NCBI GenBank assembly: GCA_038087875.1 | Contig: CM075984.1 | Span: 8,866,001 to 8,930,000, forward strand | Length of the DNA stretch: 64,000 nt | Source of the DNA: Malacoraja senta | Lineage: Eukaryota | Reading direction: 5' to 3' | Shown: one piece after another, positions 11,542-23,962 of the stretch | How positions within the stretch are numbered: position 1 is the first letter of the stretch | How the letters are laid out: each line of letters opens with the position of its first letter | Notes under the pieces: generated by a model | What the model saw: only the letters and a program-made list of their open reading frames with translations | What the model was told of the DNA's origin: nothing | The model's database searches: none | Position numbers and translations under genes: made by a program

Positions 11542-14174
11542 ACCCAGGCTCAGCATGGGGCCTGAAGTCTCCATACTGCAGACCTCTCACACCACGGGGT
11601 CTGACTGTGCTGGGTCCTAGTGCTCCCCCCCCAACACAAGGAACCTCGGGTGTTCCACTGGGTCTCCCCCTTCCCCCTTGTACCATATGACCCCAGCTAC
11701 TCCCACCCACATTATAGTCCTCATACCCCCCTCCTCCTGACCACCCACCACCCACTACCAGACATCACCTCGGCCTCCGTCCACTCACCTGCCTTCCTCC
11801 GGCCCCAACCCCCATCCTTTCCGTGTGTTCACCATCCCCCTGAACCCCCCTCTCTTATACCGAATGGTCTCCTCAGCAGAGGCCTCTCCTTTGTTCCCTT
11901 CCGTCCCCACCTCAAGGAGTTCCGCGTCCGCCACGATGCGCTCTTCTTCCGTCGCCTCCGCATACAAGCGGTTTTCCATGGGAAGGAGTCCTCACCCCCT
12001 AGTGATGACCACTTCTCTGGTCTCCAACTGACCCCCTCCTCTTGGACTCCCTCTCATGGCCATCTACCTGCTTTAGACCTTTTTATTTTAAACTGCCGGC
12101 GGGACATCAACCGCCTTAATTTTTCCACTCCCCTTTCTCATTCTAACCTCTCCCCCCCTGAACGTACAGCCCTCCACTCACTCTGTAACAACCCTGACTG
12201 GGCCAACAAGAGAGGTGCCGTGGAAGTCTGGCGTGCTGATCTCTACCGGTCTGAGGCTAGGCGCCAACTCTCAGGCACCTCCTCTTACTTATCCTTGGAC
12301 CATGACGCCACAGACGATCACCAGACCATTATCTCCAACATGATCACTGGCTTCATCACTTCCGGCTCCCTGCCCTCCCAAGCCTCCAACCTCATCGTTC
12401 CCCAGCCTCGCACGGCCCGATTTGATCTTCTCTCCAAAATCCAGAAACCTGGCAGACCCATTGTTTCTGCTTGTTCTTGTCCCACCGAACCTATTTCCAC
12501 ATACCTCGACTCCATCCTATCCTTCCTGGTCAAATCCCTTCCTACCTATGTCCAAGACACCTCACACGCTCTTCGTCTCCTCCATGACTTCCGTTTTCCA
12601 GGCCCCCATTCCCTCATCTTCACCATGGATGCCCAGTCACTGTACACCTCCATCCCCCACCAGGAGGGTCTTAATGCCTTCCATTTCTTCCTCGACCGCA
12701 GAACCAACCAATCCCCGTCTGCCCATACTCTCCTCCATCTAGAGGAGCTGGTCCTTACCCTCAACAACTTTTCCTTTGACTCCTCCCATTTCCTCCAAAT
12801 CCAAGGCGTAGCTATGGGCATGCGCATGGGCCCAGCTATGCCTGCCTCTTTGTAGGGTACTTCAAACAATCCTTGTTCGAGGGGTACCATGACCCTATCC
12901 CCGAACTGTACCTCCGCTACATTGACGACTGCATTGGTGCTACCTCCTGCACCCATGCAGAACTCACTGACCATCCATTTCACCACAAACATCCATCCGG
13001 CACTCAAATTCACCTGGATCATTTCCTACATCTCCCTACCATTTCTAGACCTCACTATCTCCATCGCAGGTAACAGACTACGGACCGACATCTACTAGAA
13101 ATGCACTGACTCCCATGGCTATCTGGACAACACTTCTTCCCACCCTGCTTCCTGTGAGGACTCTATCCCCTACTCCCAATTCCTCCGTCTATGCCGCATC
13201 TGCACCCATGATGAGGTGTTCCAAACCAGGGCATCGGAGATGTCCTCATTCTTTAGGGAATGGGGATCCCCTCTTCAACTATAGATGAAGCTCTCACCAG
13301 GGTCTCCTCTATATCCCGTAGCTCTGCTCTCACTCCCAATCCCCCCACTCATAACAAGAACAGAGTCCCCCTTGTCCTCACCTTCCACCCTACCAGCCGT
13401 CACATACAACAGATAATCCTCCGACATTTTCGCCTCCTCCAACGGGATCCCACCACTGGCCACATCTTCCCATCTCCTCCCCTTTCGGCTTTCCGCAGAG
13501 ACCGCCTCCTCCGTAACTCCATGGTCAATTTGTCCCTCCCCACCAAACCATTCCCTCCCCTGATACTTTCCCTTGCAACCACAGGAAATGCTACACTTCT
13601 GCTTTACCTCCCCCCCTCGAATCCATCCAAGGACCCAAGCAGTCTTTTCAGGTGAGGCGGAGGTTCACCTGCACCTCCTCCAACCTCATTCTATTGCATC
13701 CGCTGTTCTAGGTGCCAACTGCTCTACATCGGTGAGACCAAGCGCAGGCTTGGCGATCGCTTCGCCCAACACCTCCCGCTCAGTTCGCGTTAACCAACCT
13801 GATCTCCCGGTGGCTCAGGACTTCAACTCCCCTCCCAATCTTAATCTGACCTTTCTGTCCTGGACCTCCTCCATGGCCAGGAGTGAGTCCCACCACAAAT
13901 TGGAGGAGCAGGCAACTCATATTTTGCTTGGGTAGTTTACACCCCAGTGGTATGGACATTGACTTCTCCAATTTCAGGTAGTCCTTGCTTTCTCCCTCCT
14001 TCCCCTCACCTTCCCAGCTCTCCACAGCCCAGTGTCTCTGCCTCTTCCTTTCTTCTTCCCGGCCCCCCCACCCCCACACCAGTCTGAAGAAGGGACTCGA
14101 CCCGAACGTCCCCATTCCTTCACTCCATAGATGCTGCCTCACCTGCTGACTTTCTCCAACAATTTTGTCTACCT
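11542..14174 (+). mobile_element. Penelope-like element (Neptune-type), longest copy: RT + Cys linker + GIY-YIG + hammerhead terminus; pseudogenised
   Basis: PGRPIVS, TMDAQSLYTSIPH, QIQGVAMG, YLRYIDD, LYIGETKR. Terminus CTGAAGA at ~14084. TSD TCTAAACCAT at 11532-11541 and 14175-14184. Confidence 0.93.
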
Positions 14175-15957
14175 TCTAAACCATCCTTACTCCTTGCCAC
14201 ACCTACCCCATCTCAAAGGCCTCAAATCCTCTCCATTTCGGAAAATAACCTGATTTCTCTTCAACACTAGCCCATCCCCTGAATATACTCATCCCAACTC
14301 CAAAACCCACTCCCCAATGCTCAACAAACCCCACCTTTCATCCTGTCCCATCTCCTGAAATCCCATTCTTGATTTCTCAAAACCCTTTCACATCCTACTA
14401 CTCAATACAAGCTCTCCATCTCCATAAAAATAAATTTCTTACCCCAAAACAACTTGCCACATTTCAATACAACCACCCTCCTACAATGCAGCTCTCCACT
14501 GCAAAACCACAGTCTCTGTCCTAAACTGTATCTCCATCCTTCAACACAGCCTCGCTTTCCCCATTCATATCTTGCCATCCCCTTCATACCCACCAAATTC
14601 GAAAACATATCTTCCCCCAACTCACCACCACACCAGTAATATTCCATCCCCAACAAAGCCCCCAAACAGCCAACAGTACTCCTACACCCTCACCAGAGCT
14701 CATTACACCCGCCTATCTCCTAAATCCTGTTCCCTGGCCTTCCATATGCCATCTCCATTCCCCCAAAAAAAACATTCCTTCTTCACAGCACGTTCTATTT
14801 CCCCAAATGCCATTCCCAATCTCCAAAGCCACAACCATTTTGCCAGTTCCTAAAACCCCTAAACCCCACAATACAAATCAGCACTCATTAATTGCCCAAA
14901 ATCCTTTTCTCCAACCTCAAACACGCTCAATGTGAATTAAAAAAAACCACACAATTCTCATCCTCAATGCATCTCCCGTCCCTTAGTGCATTCTTTCTGA
15001 TCACAAAACCCAATCCTATCCCAGCTCTCAACACCCATTCCTCATTCCTCATCACAATATCCTGCCATGCTAGAGTCCATCTCCATACTGCTCAACACTA
15101 CCTCCCCATCCACAAAACCCATTCCACACCTTTCAACCTTATCCACCACTAGATAAAAAAATATTCCACTCCTAAGCAAATGCTCCCCACTTCTCCAACA
15201 GAATCCACCTTACCTACAAATAAATTTCACACCCTCTGTTGCAAGTATATATTTCCCATATAGGGAGACAACATTCCAGGTGCAGTTTTACTAGGTTGCT
15301 TTTTTTTGCATGCCAGCTTTTGGTGATGAATGTCATTGAATTTGTTCAAGGTAAGAATGTATATATTTTGAAAATTAAAGAAATTAAAGTTATTGCAGTG
15401 CCATTTTCCTGCACTCTCCTTTATTATGCTGAGATAAAGGATCAGCAATGATCTTCCTGAATGACCTGGCAACAACAATATTGTTGAAGAATAGCAGATA
15501 TGGATCTGCCTTTTGTTAATGACTGCAAAGCAATTAGGAAGGCAGTTGGTATCTTGACCTTTATTGAAAGAAGATTTGGGTACAAGAACCTTAATAGAAT
15601 TATTTGGGACCTGGTGAGACTGCATCTGAAAAATGGTCTCTCTACCCAATAAAGGCAAGATTACCCACATCAATTCATGGGATGTTAAAAGTTGCAAATG
15701 ACTGAGGAGAAGAGTTTGTGCAGATTGTGCCAGTACTGCTGAGGATAAGAGGTGATCTCATTGAATCACATACAAATTCTTATGGGACTTGACATTGTGG
15801 ATGATGTTTCCCCTTTCTCTGATGTATGGACAAATGTATATCATCACTGCAGTTTATTTCTATATACTTGCCTTAGGGTTTTCAAATGCAGAAGTACAAC
15901 GATGCAGAAAATGATCTTAATTAGAGACGTTTCAAACCCTAAGTCAAACCAGTTTAT

Positions 15958-16098
15958 CTTCTTCTTCTTGCGTATGATGTGCACAGCCTAAAGTCGTAGG
16001 ACAACTTATTCTATTTGATCTTATTTGATTGTGCACGCCGGGTTGATTGCATTCGTCGAAACAGGGCGGACCACGTGAAGGTTGCAATCTTCCACCCC
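15958..16098 (-). mobile_element. 141-bp ribozyme-headed retroposon (SINE-like), copy 1
   Basis: 12-bp TSD AAACCAGTTTAT (15946-15957 / 16099-16110) and an (AAG)n 3' tail. A homologous copy lies at 23963-24102. Confidence 0.9.
16045..16098 (-). ncRNA. Minimal HDV-like self-cleaving ribozyme (54 nt, P4-less)
   Basis: P1 GGGGUGG/CCGCCCU (G1-U wobble), P2 GAUUGCA/UGCAAUC, P3 ACC/GGU, L3 UUCACGU, GU, a UUCGA loop in place of P4, and J4/2 CGAA with the putative catalytic C at 16055. Confidence 0.85.
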
Positions 16099-17048
16099 AA
16101 ACCAGTTTATGATACCTGAGGAAGCCCTTTCCAGGTGGTGGGACGTGGGACAAGTGAAAGAAGAGTAAGAAAGAAATATCACACTGATGTAAAACATATT
16201 CAATTTCTCTCATTGTCAAATGATTTCACTTCTGCTTCTTGGATAGAAGGGTGGGAACAGAAGCAAGCATCACCCTTTGGTTAAGGACGTGGCCACAATG
16301 ACTCAGGACTTATTAATCTATATAAAGATAATCTGTTTATAAAAGGTGGTGGAGGCAGACTTTAAAAAAAAATGATGTCTGTTGGAGGAGAAATGCTATC
16401 CATGCTCACAGAATCACACAATATCGCTTATCATGGTGTCACAGTCAATTTAACCGAAAGTGATACCTACCAAGCAAGATGCTGGTAAATGTGTAAATGT
16501 TCGGCATCTCATGCGGTGGACTACAATGCATGAAATTATTCAGCTGAATTCCACTATTATTCGGCCTATTCACTAAAGAAATCCATGGACCTACTTATCC
16601 AGATTTGATCTGTAGTTTGTGGTATGTTAAATAATCTCACAAAGTGGCTTATATTCAAACCATATTGGAACAATTGTTGAGAATAATAATTTTTACTGTG
16701 AGATAAGAAGCACATATATAAAGCACGCCAGGAGTATTGTAAAAAAAAAATTCAGACATTTAAAATTCAGACACAAGTAGATGAGGCACAAGAGTGGTCA
16801 ATGCAGTAGGTTTTTAGCAGGTTTTCAAAGAAGGTCTTAAAGCATAATAATGTAGACAAATCCCTGAAACCCAACCAAGTGTATCCACCTAGAAAGGTAT
16901 GATAAACTGGTTTGAGTTAGTGTTTGAAACCTCTAATTAAGATTCTTTTCTGCATCGTTGTACCACTATGTTTGAAAAACCTTAGGCAAGTATATAGAAA
17001 TAAACTGCAGTGATGATATAAATGGAGATGTAAGAAGCTACGGAAGAA

Positions 17049-17267
17049 TAGTTGCAGGAAGGAACTGCAGATGCTGGTTTAAAATAAAGATAGACACAAA
17101 ATGCTGGAGTAACTCAGCGGGGAGGCAACATCTCAGGATAGAAGGAATGGGTGACATTTCGGGTCGAGACCATTCTTCAGACTGAAAAGGGTTTTGACCC
17201 GAAACGTCACCCATTCCTATCCAGAGATACTTCCTGTCCCGCTGAGTTACTCCATCATTTTGTGTCA
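17049..17267. mobile_element. Fold-back Penelope terminal mini-element (two divergent hammerhead-like cores)
   Basis: Inverted arms meet at ~17181. TSD AAGCTA(C/G)GGAAGAA at 17035-17048 / 17268-17281. Confidence 0.85.
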
Positions 17268-18037
17268 AAGCTAGGGAAGAAATTGGAAGACCCCTGGCAG
17301 AAACATTTACCTCATCTTTAGTCACAGGCAAGGTACCGGGAAACTGGAGGGTGGCTGATGTGCTTTTATTTTAAAAGGCTGTTCATCTCACTGTACCCAG
17401 GGGACTACAGTGAGATGAACATCAGTGGTGGGAAAGTTACTGCAGGGATTCTGAGGGATAGGATCTATCAACATTTGGAAGGCAAAGACCAATGAGAGAT
17501 AGTCAGTATGGTTTTGTGCATCAGAATTGTGTTGCACAAATTTGATTCCGTTTTTGAAGGGATCTAGTTTAGTTTAGAGATAAAGCATGGAAACAGGCCC
17601 TTCAGCCCATCGAGCCCACACCGACCAGCGATCCCCGCTGATGATGAAAAGATTTGAGGAAAGCAGGCCAGTGAGTGGACCTTAGCAGGCCCTTTGACAA
17701 GATCTCACCTAATAGACTAGTCTGTGAGTTTAGATCACATTGGATGTAGGGCGAGCTAGTCAATTGGATGCAGAATTGACTTGGTGGAACTAGTCAGAGG
17801 GTGTTAATGAGGGTTGCTTTTCTAATTGGAGACCTATGACCAGTGGGACTTTTTCCATGGAGCGTAGGAGGCTGAGGGGTGACCCTATATAGATTTCTAA
17901 AATAATGAGGGGTGCAGATAAGGTAAATAGTCACAGTCTTTTTCCTAGGGTAGAGAATCTACAACCAGAGGTTTCAATTCATGAGAAAAATCCAAAAGAG
18001 ACCCGAGGGACAACAGTTATATTTAGGATGGTGGGAA

Positions 18038-18255
18038 GGTGTAGGAAGGAACTGCAGATGGTGGTTTATACTAAAGATAGACACAAAATGCTGGAGTAAC
18101 TCAGTGGGACAGGCAGCATCTCTGGATAGAAGGAATGGGTGACGTTTCCGGTTGTGACCCTTCTTCAGAAGAATCTCGACCCGAAACGTCAACATTCCTT
18201 CTGTCCAGAGATACTACCTGTCCCGCTGATTTACTCCAGCATTTTGTGCCCATCG
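18038..18255. mobile_element. Fold-back Penelope terminal mini-element
   Basis: Inverted arms meet at ~18168. TSD AGGATGGTGGGAA at 18025-18037 / 18256-18268. Confidence 0.85.
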
Positions 18256-19883
18256 AGGATGGTGGGAATGTGGAACAAGCTGCGAGAGAGAGTGGTGTGG
18301 CAAGTACAATTACAATATTTAAAAGACATTTCACCAGATACATGGATAGAAAAAGTTTTAAATTAAAAGCAATTAAATTCGACCGGCTCAGATAGGCAGC
18401 TTGGTCGTCATGAAAGACTTGGGTAGTCGGGTCTGCTTCCTTTATACATAACTCTATGACTCTGGAAAGAGGCAGAGAATTCCAGAGTATGTAATGTAGC
18501 TGAAAGCATTGCCATTAATAATGGAAGAATTAAAATCAGAAGAGTGCGAGAGACCAGACTCAGATTCATTCATCCATCCATCCAATTATTCATTTATCCC
18601 TGCATGCATAAATCCAGATATCTATGTAAACCAAAAAAAAAAGTTTTTTTCCTACTACCTGTGGAATAATGGTCCTGAATGATTTAGTGGCTCAGCAGAG
18701 GGAAAGAAGGAAGTGAGGAGAGCAGAGAGATCTAATTTCTGATCGATACAGTTATTATAAAATGTTCATAATGAGAGTTATAAGATTTGTAAAAAGTGAG
18801 ATGTATAATCCATTGGAATAATTATAATCCACTCTGAAAAATGTTATTGAACTGTAAAACAATGCACTGCTTGTTTATGCTATCTTTATGCAACTGCTCA
18901 ATTTCCTCTCCCTTCTTAGAATTAGCAATACCATTGTGGTTCAGAGAGCTACATAAACATTTCTGGCAAACTGAACATGACTTTAAACATACCGTATATA
19001 TACGGAAAGCCAAAAGTATTTATAGTGATAACAGTAATGTGAAGAAAGTATTAGGTAACCCAGGAATCATCATGCTACATCTATTAAATTCATTTTTCAT
19101 CTTCGCAGTGATACAAATTTATTTTTAATATAATCTCCCATTTCCCCTTAATCTGCTGGGATAAAGTGCATTCATATTAGTGTTGTTAACGTTTTCCTAG
19201 TCACAAAGCACATAAAAAATGACAAGGACATGACTCCTTTATTTCTTATTTTATGCAGAAAACCAGTCGACTTCAACATTTAGATTGAAATCTGACAGTG
19301 GAACAAGGCAGAAAAGGAAATATTCTAAGTCGAAAAAAAAGACTTTAAATGATTTTATGCTAAATGTATTTTTATGATGATGGCTGGACCTTTTATATAA
19401 TGTTTGCCTTGATTAATTATTTATTGAAGAGAACATTCTATTTCTCTAAGATTATTTGGCTAATTTGGAATCGCATGATTTGCATCACATTTCAATAAAT
19501 GATTGTCATTAATATTAATTGGTTCAAATTAAATATCAATTGTTACATCATATTTGTCACAATAGTTGAATCATTTCCATTTTACTCAATAGCTATTTTT
19601 TTCTCTTCAGTGCTTCCCTAAAAATAAACAACTTCTCTTAAAGGAAAATACTAAATGTGAATTGCCCAAGTTTTTAAATTTCTGTTAAACATTACATACG
19701 TTTTGGCTGCATAATTAAATTACCATATACTTTGCAGGTAGTTTAATTCAGCTGTGAACAAAAGTAACAGCTTCCACTTAGATGTCATTTTTTGTTACAG
19801 TAGGATAACCCAGGGTGTATCAGATGAGGATTTAAAAACAAAAAAATTGATTTGAAGGCACACATAAAATTAAAACAATGACT

Positions 19884-20060
19884 GGGCAGCTTGTGGAGCT
19901 GCTGTATTCGCAGGTCAAGTGACGTGGGTTCAGATCTGACCTCCATTACTGTGACTTGAGTGGGTTTCATTGAGATGCTCCACTTTCCTCCCACATCCAA
20001 TGCCATGTGGGCTGGTAGATTAATCGATCACTGTAAGTTGCCTCCAGTGCATGTGGATGG
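19884..20060 (+). mobile_element. Degraded V-SINE (HE1-like)
   Basis: gggttcagatct B-box remnant and the V-domain gagtgggtttc...gctccactttcctcccacatccaa. Confidence 0.6.
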
Positions 20061-21198
20061 TAGAATGGATGGGAATGTGGTAGAATAGGGAAAGATACTT
20101 GGGGAATGGGACTGCTCTGAAACTTGATGGAGCTAATAACCTCCTCCTGTATTGTAAAGAAATATGGAAAAGAGACACTAAGGCAGGTGTTGCAGGTTTT
20201 AATGAAAATGCTGTTGAATGAGAGAAATGTGAAATGAAGGGAAATTTGGTGGAAATGTCTGTGGTCAGAGACGAGGCAAATGAAGACGGTCTCTAATGGT
20301 GGAGTACTTAAAATCAGAAATGTGCCAGGGATTAGATGTAGCAGGAAGCAGGAATTCCAATGGTGTAGAGCCAGTGGTAGCAAAGGGTGAGCCCAAAAAG
20401 AGAGTTAGAAACAGGATTAAAAAAAAGAACATTGAGGCATTGAAAGAGGATGGTGTGCAATCAAAAGCTGCAACAAGGGTGGCTAATTTACTAAGATTGG
20501 AATGTAATAGTTACCATGCTAACATTTTGAACACATGAAATTTTAAATAAAATGGATGTCTGATATGCATCTTAACGACAAATGAATAAACCTGTTCCTG
20601 ATCCAAAGTTTTCAGTAACACGTTTGAAAAAGCAAACATACCCCCAAGCATAATTTCACAATGAATATAGATAGTCTGAAATTAGAAAATCTGAAGCATG
20701 TTTGAAAGATCATAGTTTTTCAAAATTAGCTTTATGGAGGTAATAATGTCAGTCTAGTGGTTTTTTACTCTGTGCAATAAAGGCTGCAAGGAGACACTCA
20801 TGTTTTATCATTATTAATAAAAACAAAATTCGCATTTTGACTCAGCAAAAATAAACTTGTCCTTTCACCCATTATCAGGAAATGCCAAACCCAGGGTGTG
20901 AAACAATTTGGCAAGAAGCCATTTCTTGTTAAACTGGAAACTTACAGAATCTTGGAAAGCATTTTTGGGTGTGTGCATAACCTGATTAATGACATTCTGT
21001 ACTTGTTTAACTCTTGAAACAAGTTTGTTCGCAATTGAGTCATGAGTCACGTAGCACTGAAGCAGACACCTTTGGCCAACGAAACCTGCCCTACCGCCAA
21101 ACACCCATTTACACTAATCCCACATCAATCCCAGTTTTTTATTCTCCCCACATTCCCGTCAACTCTCCCAGATTCTACCGCTGACCTATATACTGGGG

Positions 21199-21310
21199 GC
21201 TCAGCGGACAGGCAGCATCTCTGGTGAGAAGGAATGCGTGACGTTTCAGGTCGAGACCCTTCTTCAGACTACCTTCGATTTCAACCAGCATCTGCACTTC
21301 TTTCCTACAC
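21199..21310. mobile_element. Inverted Penelope terminal mini-element inside a SINE remnant
   Basis: Minus-strand hammerhead segment (to 21270) fused to the plus-strand distal tail. Possible TSD TATATACT at 21187-21194 / 21312-21319. Confidence 0.7.
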
Positions 21311-21473
21311 ATATATACTCAGGGCAATATACTCACTGTCATGCGATCATTTTCATGTCTTTCGAATGTGGCAAACCATTGATGGAAGCCCACATTGTCA
21401 CAAAGAGAAAACACAAGCTTCACACATACAGAACCTGAGAATAGGATTGAACTCATTTGCTGGATCTAGGTTG

Positions 21474-23945
21474 GCACAAAATGCTGGAGTAACTCAGTGG
21501 GACAGGCAGCATCTCTGGAGAGAAGGAAAGGGTACACAAAAATGCTGGAGAAACTCAGCGGGTGCAGCAACATCTATGGAGCGAAGGAAATAGGCAACGT
21601 TTCGGGCCGAAACCCTTCTTCAGACTGATAGGGGGTGGGGAGAAGAAAGGAAAAAAGGAAAAAAGGCGGTGGAGGAGCCCGAGGGCTGGGGGATGGGAGG
21701 AGACAACCCGAGGGCTGATGAAGGGGAGGGGACAGCAAGGGCTAGCAGAATTGGGAGAATTCAATGTTCATGGCCCCAGGATGCAGACTGCCCAAGCGGA
21801 ATAGGAGGTGCATTTCCTCCAATTTCCGCTGTGGCCATGGAGGAGACCCAGGACAGAGAGGTCAGATACGGAATGGGAGGGGGAGTTGAAGTGCTGAGGC
21901 ACCGGGAGGTCAGGTTGGTTAATGCGGACCGAGCGGAGGTGTTCGGCGAAACGATCGGCAAGCCTCCGCTTGGTCTCACCGATGTAGATCAGCTGACATC
22001 TAGAGCAGCGGATGCAATAGATGAGGTTGGAGGAGATGCAGGTAAACTTCTGTTGCACCTGGAACGACTGCTTGGGTCCTTGAATGGAGTCGAGGGGGAG
22101 TCAAGTGTTGCATCTCTTGCGGTTGCAAGGGAAAATACCCGGGGAGGGGGTGGTACGGGAGGGAAGGGAAGAATTGACAAGGGAGTTACGGAGGGAGCGG
22201 TCTTTGCGGAAGGCAGACATGGGGGGAGATGGGAAGATGTGGCGAGTGGTGGGGTCACATTGGAGGTGGCGAAACTGACGGAGGATCACTTGTTGTATGT
22301 GACGGCTGGTGGGGTGAAAGGTGAGGACTAGGGGGACTCTGCCCTTGTTGTGAGTGGGGGGATGGGGAGAGAGAGCAGTGTTGCGGGGTATGGCAGAGAC
22401 CCTGGTGCAAGCCTCATCTATGGTGGAGGAGGGGAATCCCCGTTCCCTGAAGAATGAGGACATTTCGGATGCCCTGGTGTGGAACGCCTCATCCTGGGAG
22501 CAGATGCGGCGTAGACGGAGGAATTGGGAATGGGGGATGGAGTCCTTACAGGAAGCAGGGTGGGAAGAAGTGTAGTCCAGATAGCCATGGGAGTCGGTAG
22601 GTTTGTAATGGATGTCGGTAAGAAGTCTATCACCTGCGATGGAGATAGTGAGGTCAAGGAATGGTAGGGAAGTGTGGGAAATGGTCCAGGTGTATTTGAG
22701 TGCCGGATGGAAGTTGGTGGTGAAGCGGATGAAGTCAGTCAGTTCTGTGTGGGTGCAGGAGGTGGCACCAAAGCAGTCATCGATGTAGCGGAGGTAGAGG
22801 TCGGGGATGGGGCCCAGGTACGTATTGAACAAGGATTGTTCTACGTACCCGACAAAGGGGAAGGCGTAGCTGGGGCCCATGCGTGTGCCCATAGCTACGC
22901 CTTGTATTTGGAGGAAATGGGAGGAGTCAAATGAGAAGTTATTGAGGGTAAGGACCAGCTCCGCTAAGCGGAGGAGGGTGTCAGTGGCCGGGTATAGGTT
23001 GCTTCTCTGGTTGAGGAAAAACCGGAGGGCTTCGAGACCATCCTGGTGGGGGATGGAGGTGTAGAGTGACTGGACATCCATGGTGAAGATGAGGGGGTGA
23101 GGGCCTAGAGAATGGAATGCGCGGAGACGACGGAGAGTGTCTGAGGTGTCTTGAACATAGGTAGGGAGGGATTTAACCAAGGGGGATAGGATGGAGTCGA
23201 GGTAGGTGGAGATGAGTTTGGTGGGGCACGTACAGGCAGAGACGATGGGTCTACTGGGACAGCCAGGTTGGTGGATTTTGGGGAGAAGGTAAAATCGGGC
23301 CGTGCGGGGCTGGGGAACGATGAGGTTGGAGGCTCGGTCGGGCAGGGCGTGGGAGTGGATGAAGTCGGTGATGGTGCTGGAGATGGTGGCCTGGTGCTCG
23401 TCATGGTCCAGGGGTAAGTAGGAGGTGGTGTCCGAGAGTTGGCGCGTGGCCTCAGCTTTGTAGAGATCGACGCGTCAGATTACCACGGCACCTCCCTTGT
23501 CGGCGGGTTTGATAACCCAATCTAGGTTGTTGCGGAAGGAAAGGGTGACTTTTTCATGTTGACACTCTTCTTCAGACTGATGTCAGGGGAAAGGGAGATA
23601 CATAGATAAGGAAGTTTAAGGTGAGAAAGCAGGACAAAGGGAATAGAGTTCAAGGAAAATGTAGAATAGATCATTGTTAGTTTGGAGAAGGTAACAACAA
23701 AGCAAACAGAGATAAAATGTAGTCAGAGACAGTAAGACTGGTCGGAGAACAGGGAAGAGGGGGTGATGGAGAGAGAGGGAAAGCAAGGATTACTTGAAGT
23801 TAGAGAAGTCAATGTTCATACCCAAGCTGCCCAAGCCAAATATGAGGTGCTGTTCCTCCAATTTGCGCTGGGCCTCACTCTGACAATGGAGGAGGCCCAG
23901 GACAGAAAGGTCAGTGTGGGAATGGGAGGGGGAGTTAAAATGTTT
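21474..23945 (-). mobile_element. Older Penelope 3' fragment (21474-21533 + 23535-23945) split by the younger copy
   Basis: 23535-23945 holds the GIY-YIG C-terminus, 3' UTR and a degenerate hammerhead (23547-23575). The tail continues at 21474-21533. Confidence 0.8.
21534..23534 (-). mobile_element. Young 5'-truncated Penelope-like element (long open RT frame, GIY-YIG, intact hammerhead core 21596-21623)
   Basis: The 359-aa ORF 22101-23180 has TMDVQSLYTSIPH, QIQGVAMGTRMGPSYA, YLRYIDD and PCNRKRCNT. GIY-YIG NLIYCIRCSRCQLIYIGETKR follows. 12-bp TSD GAAGGAAAGGGT at 21522-21533 / 23535-23546. Confidence 0.95.
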
Positions 23946-23962
23946 AAGATCTAGATGGCAGT

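Larger units (their letters stand above)
17020..18465 (+). mobile_element. Fragmented CR1 LINE ORF2/3' end carrying several nested insertions
   Basis: EAREEIGRPLAETFTSSLVTGKVPGNWRVA and 3' motifs WNKL...RHFTRYMDRK. Interrupted by two fold-back Penelope mini-elements and a SINE tail (17565-17640). Confidence 0.75.

Noticed and set aside
16045-16130. Theta-ribozyme (tRNA-associated) interpretation of the minimal HDV fold
   Set aside because: No tRNA lies upstream; the upstream sequence is simply the target-site duplication in both copies.
22101-23180. 359-aa RT ORF as an active or domesticated gene
   Set aside because: The copy is 5'-truncated, with a frameshifting deletion before the GIY-YIG domain and further deletions downstream.
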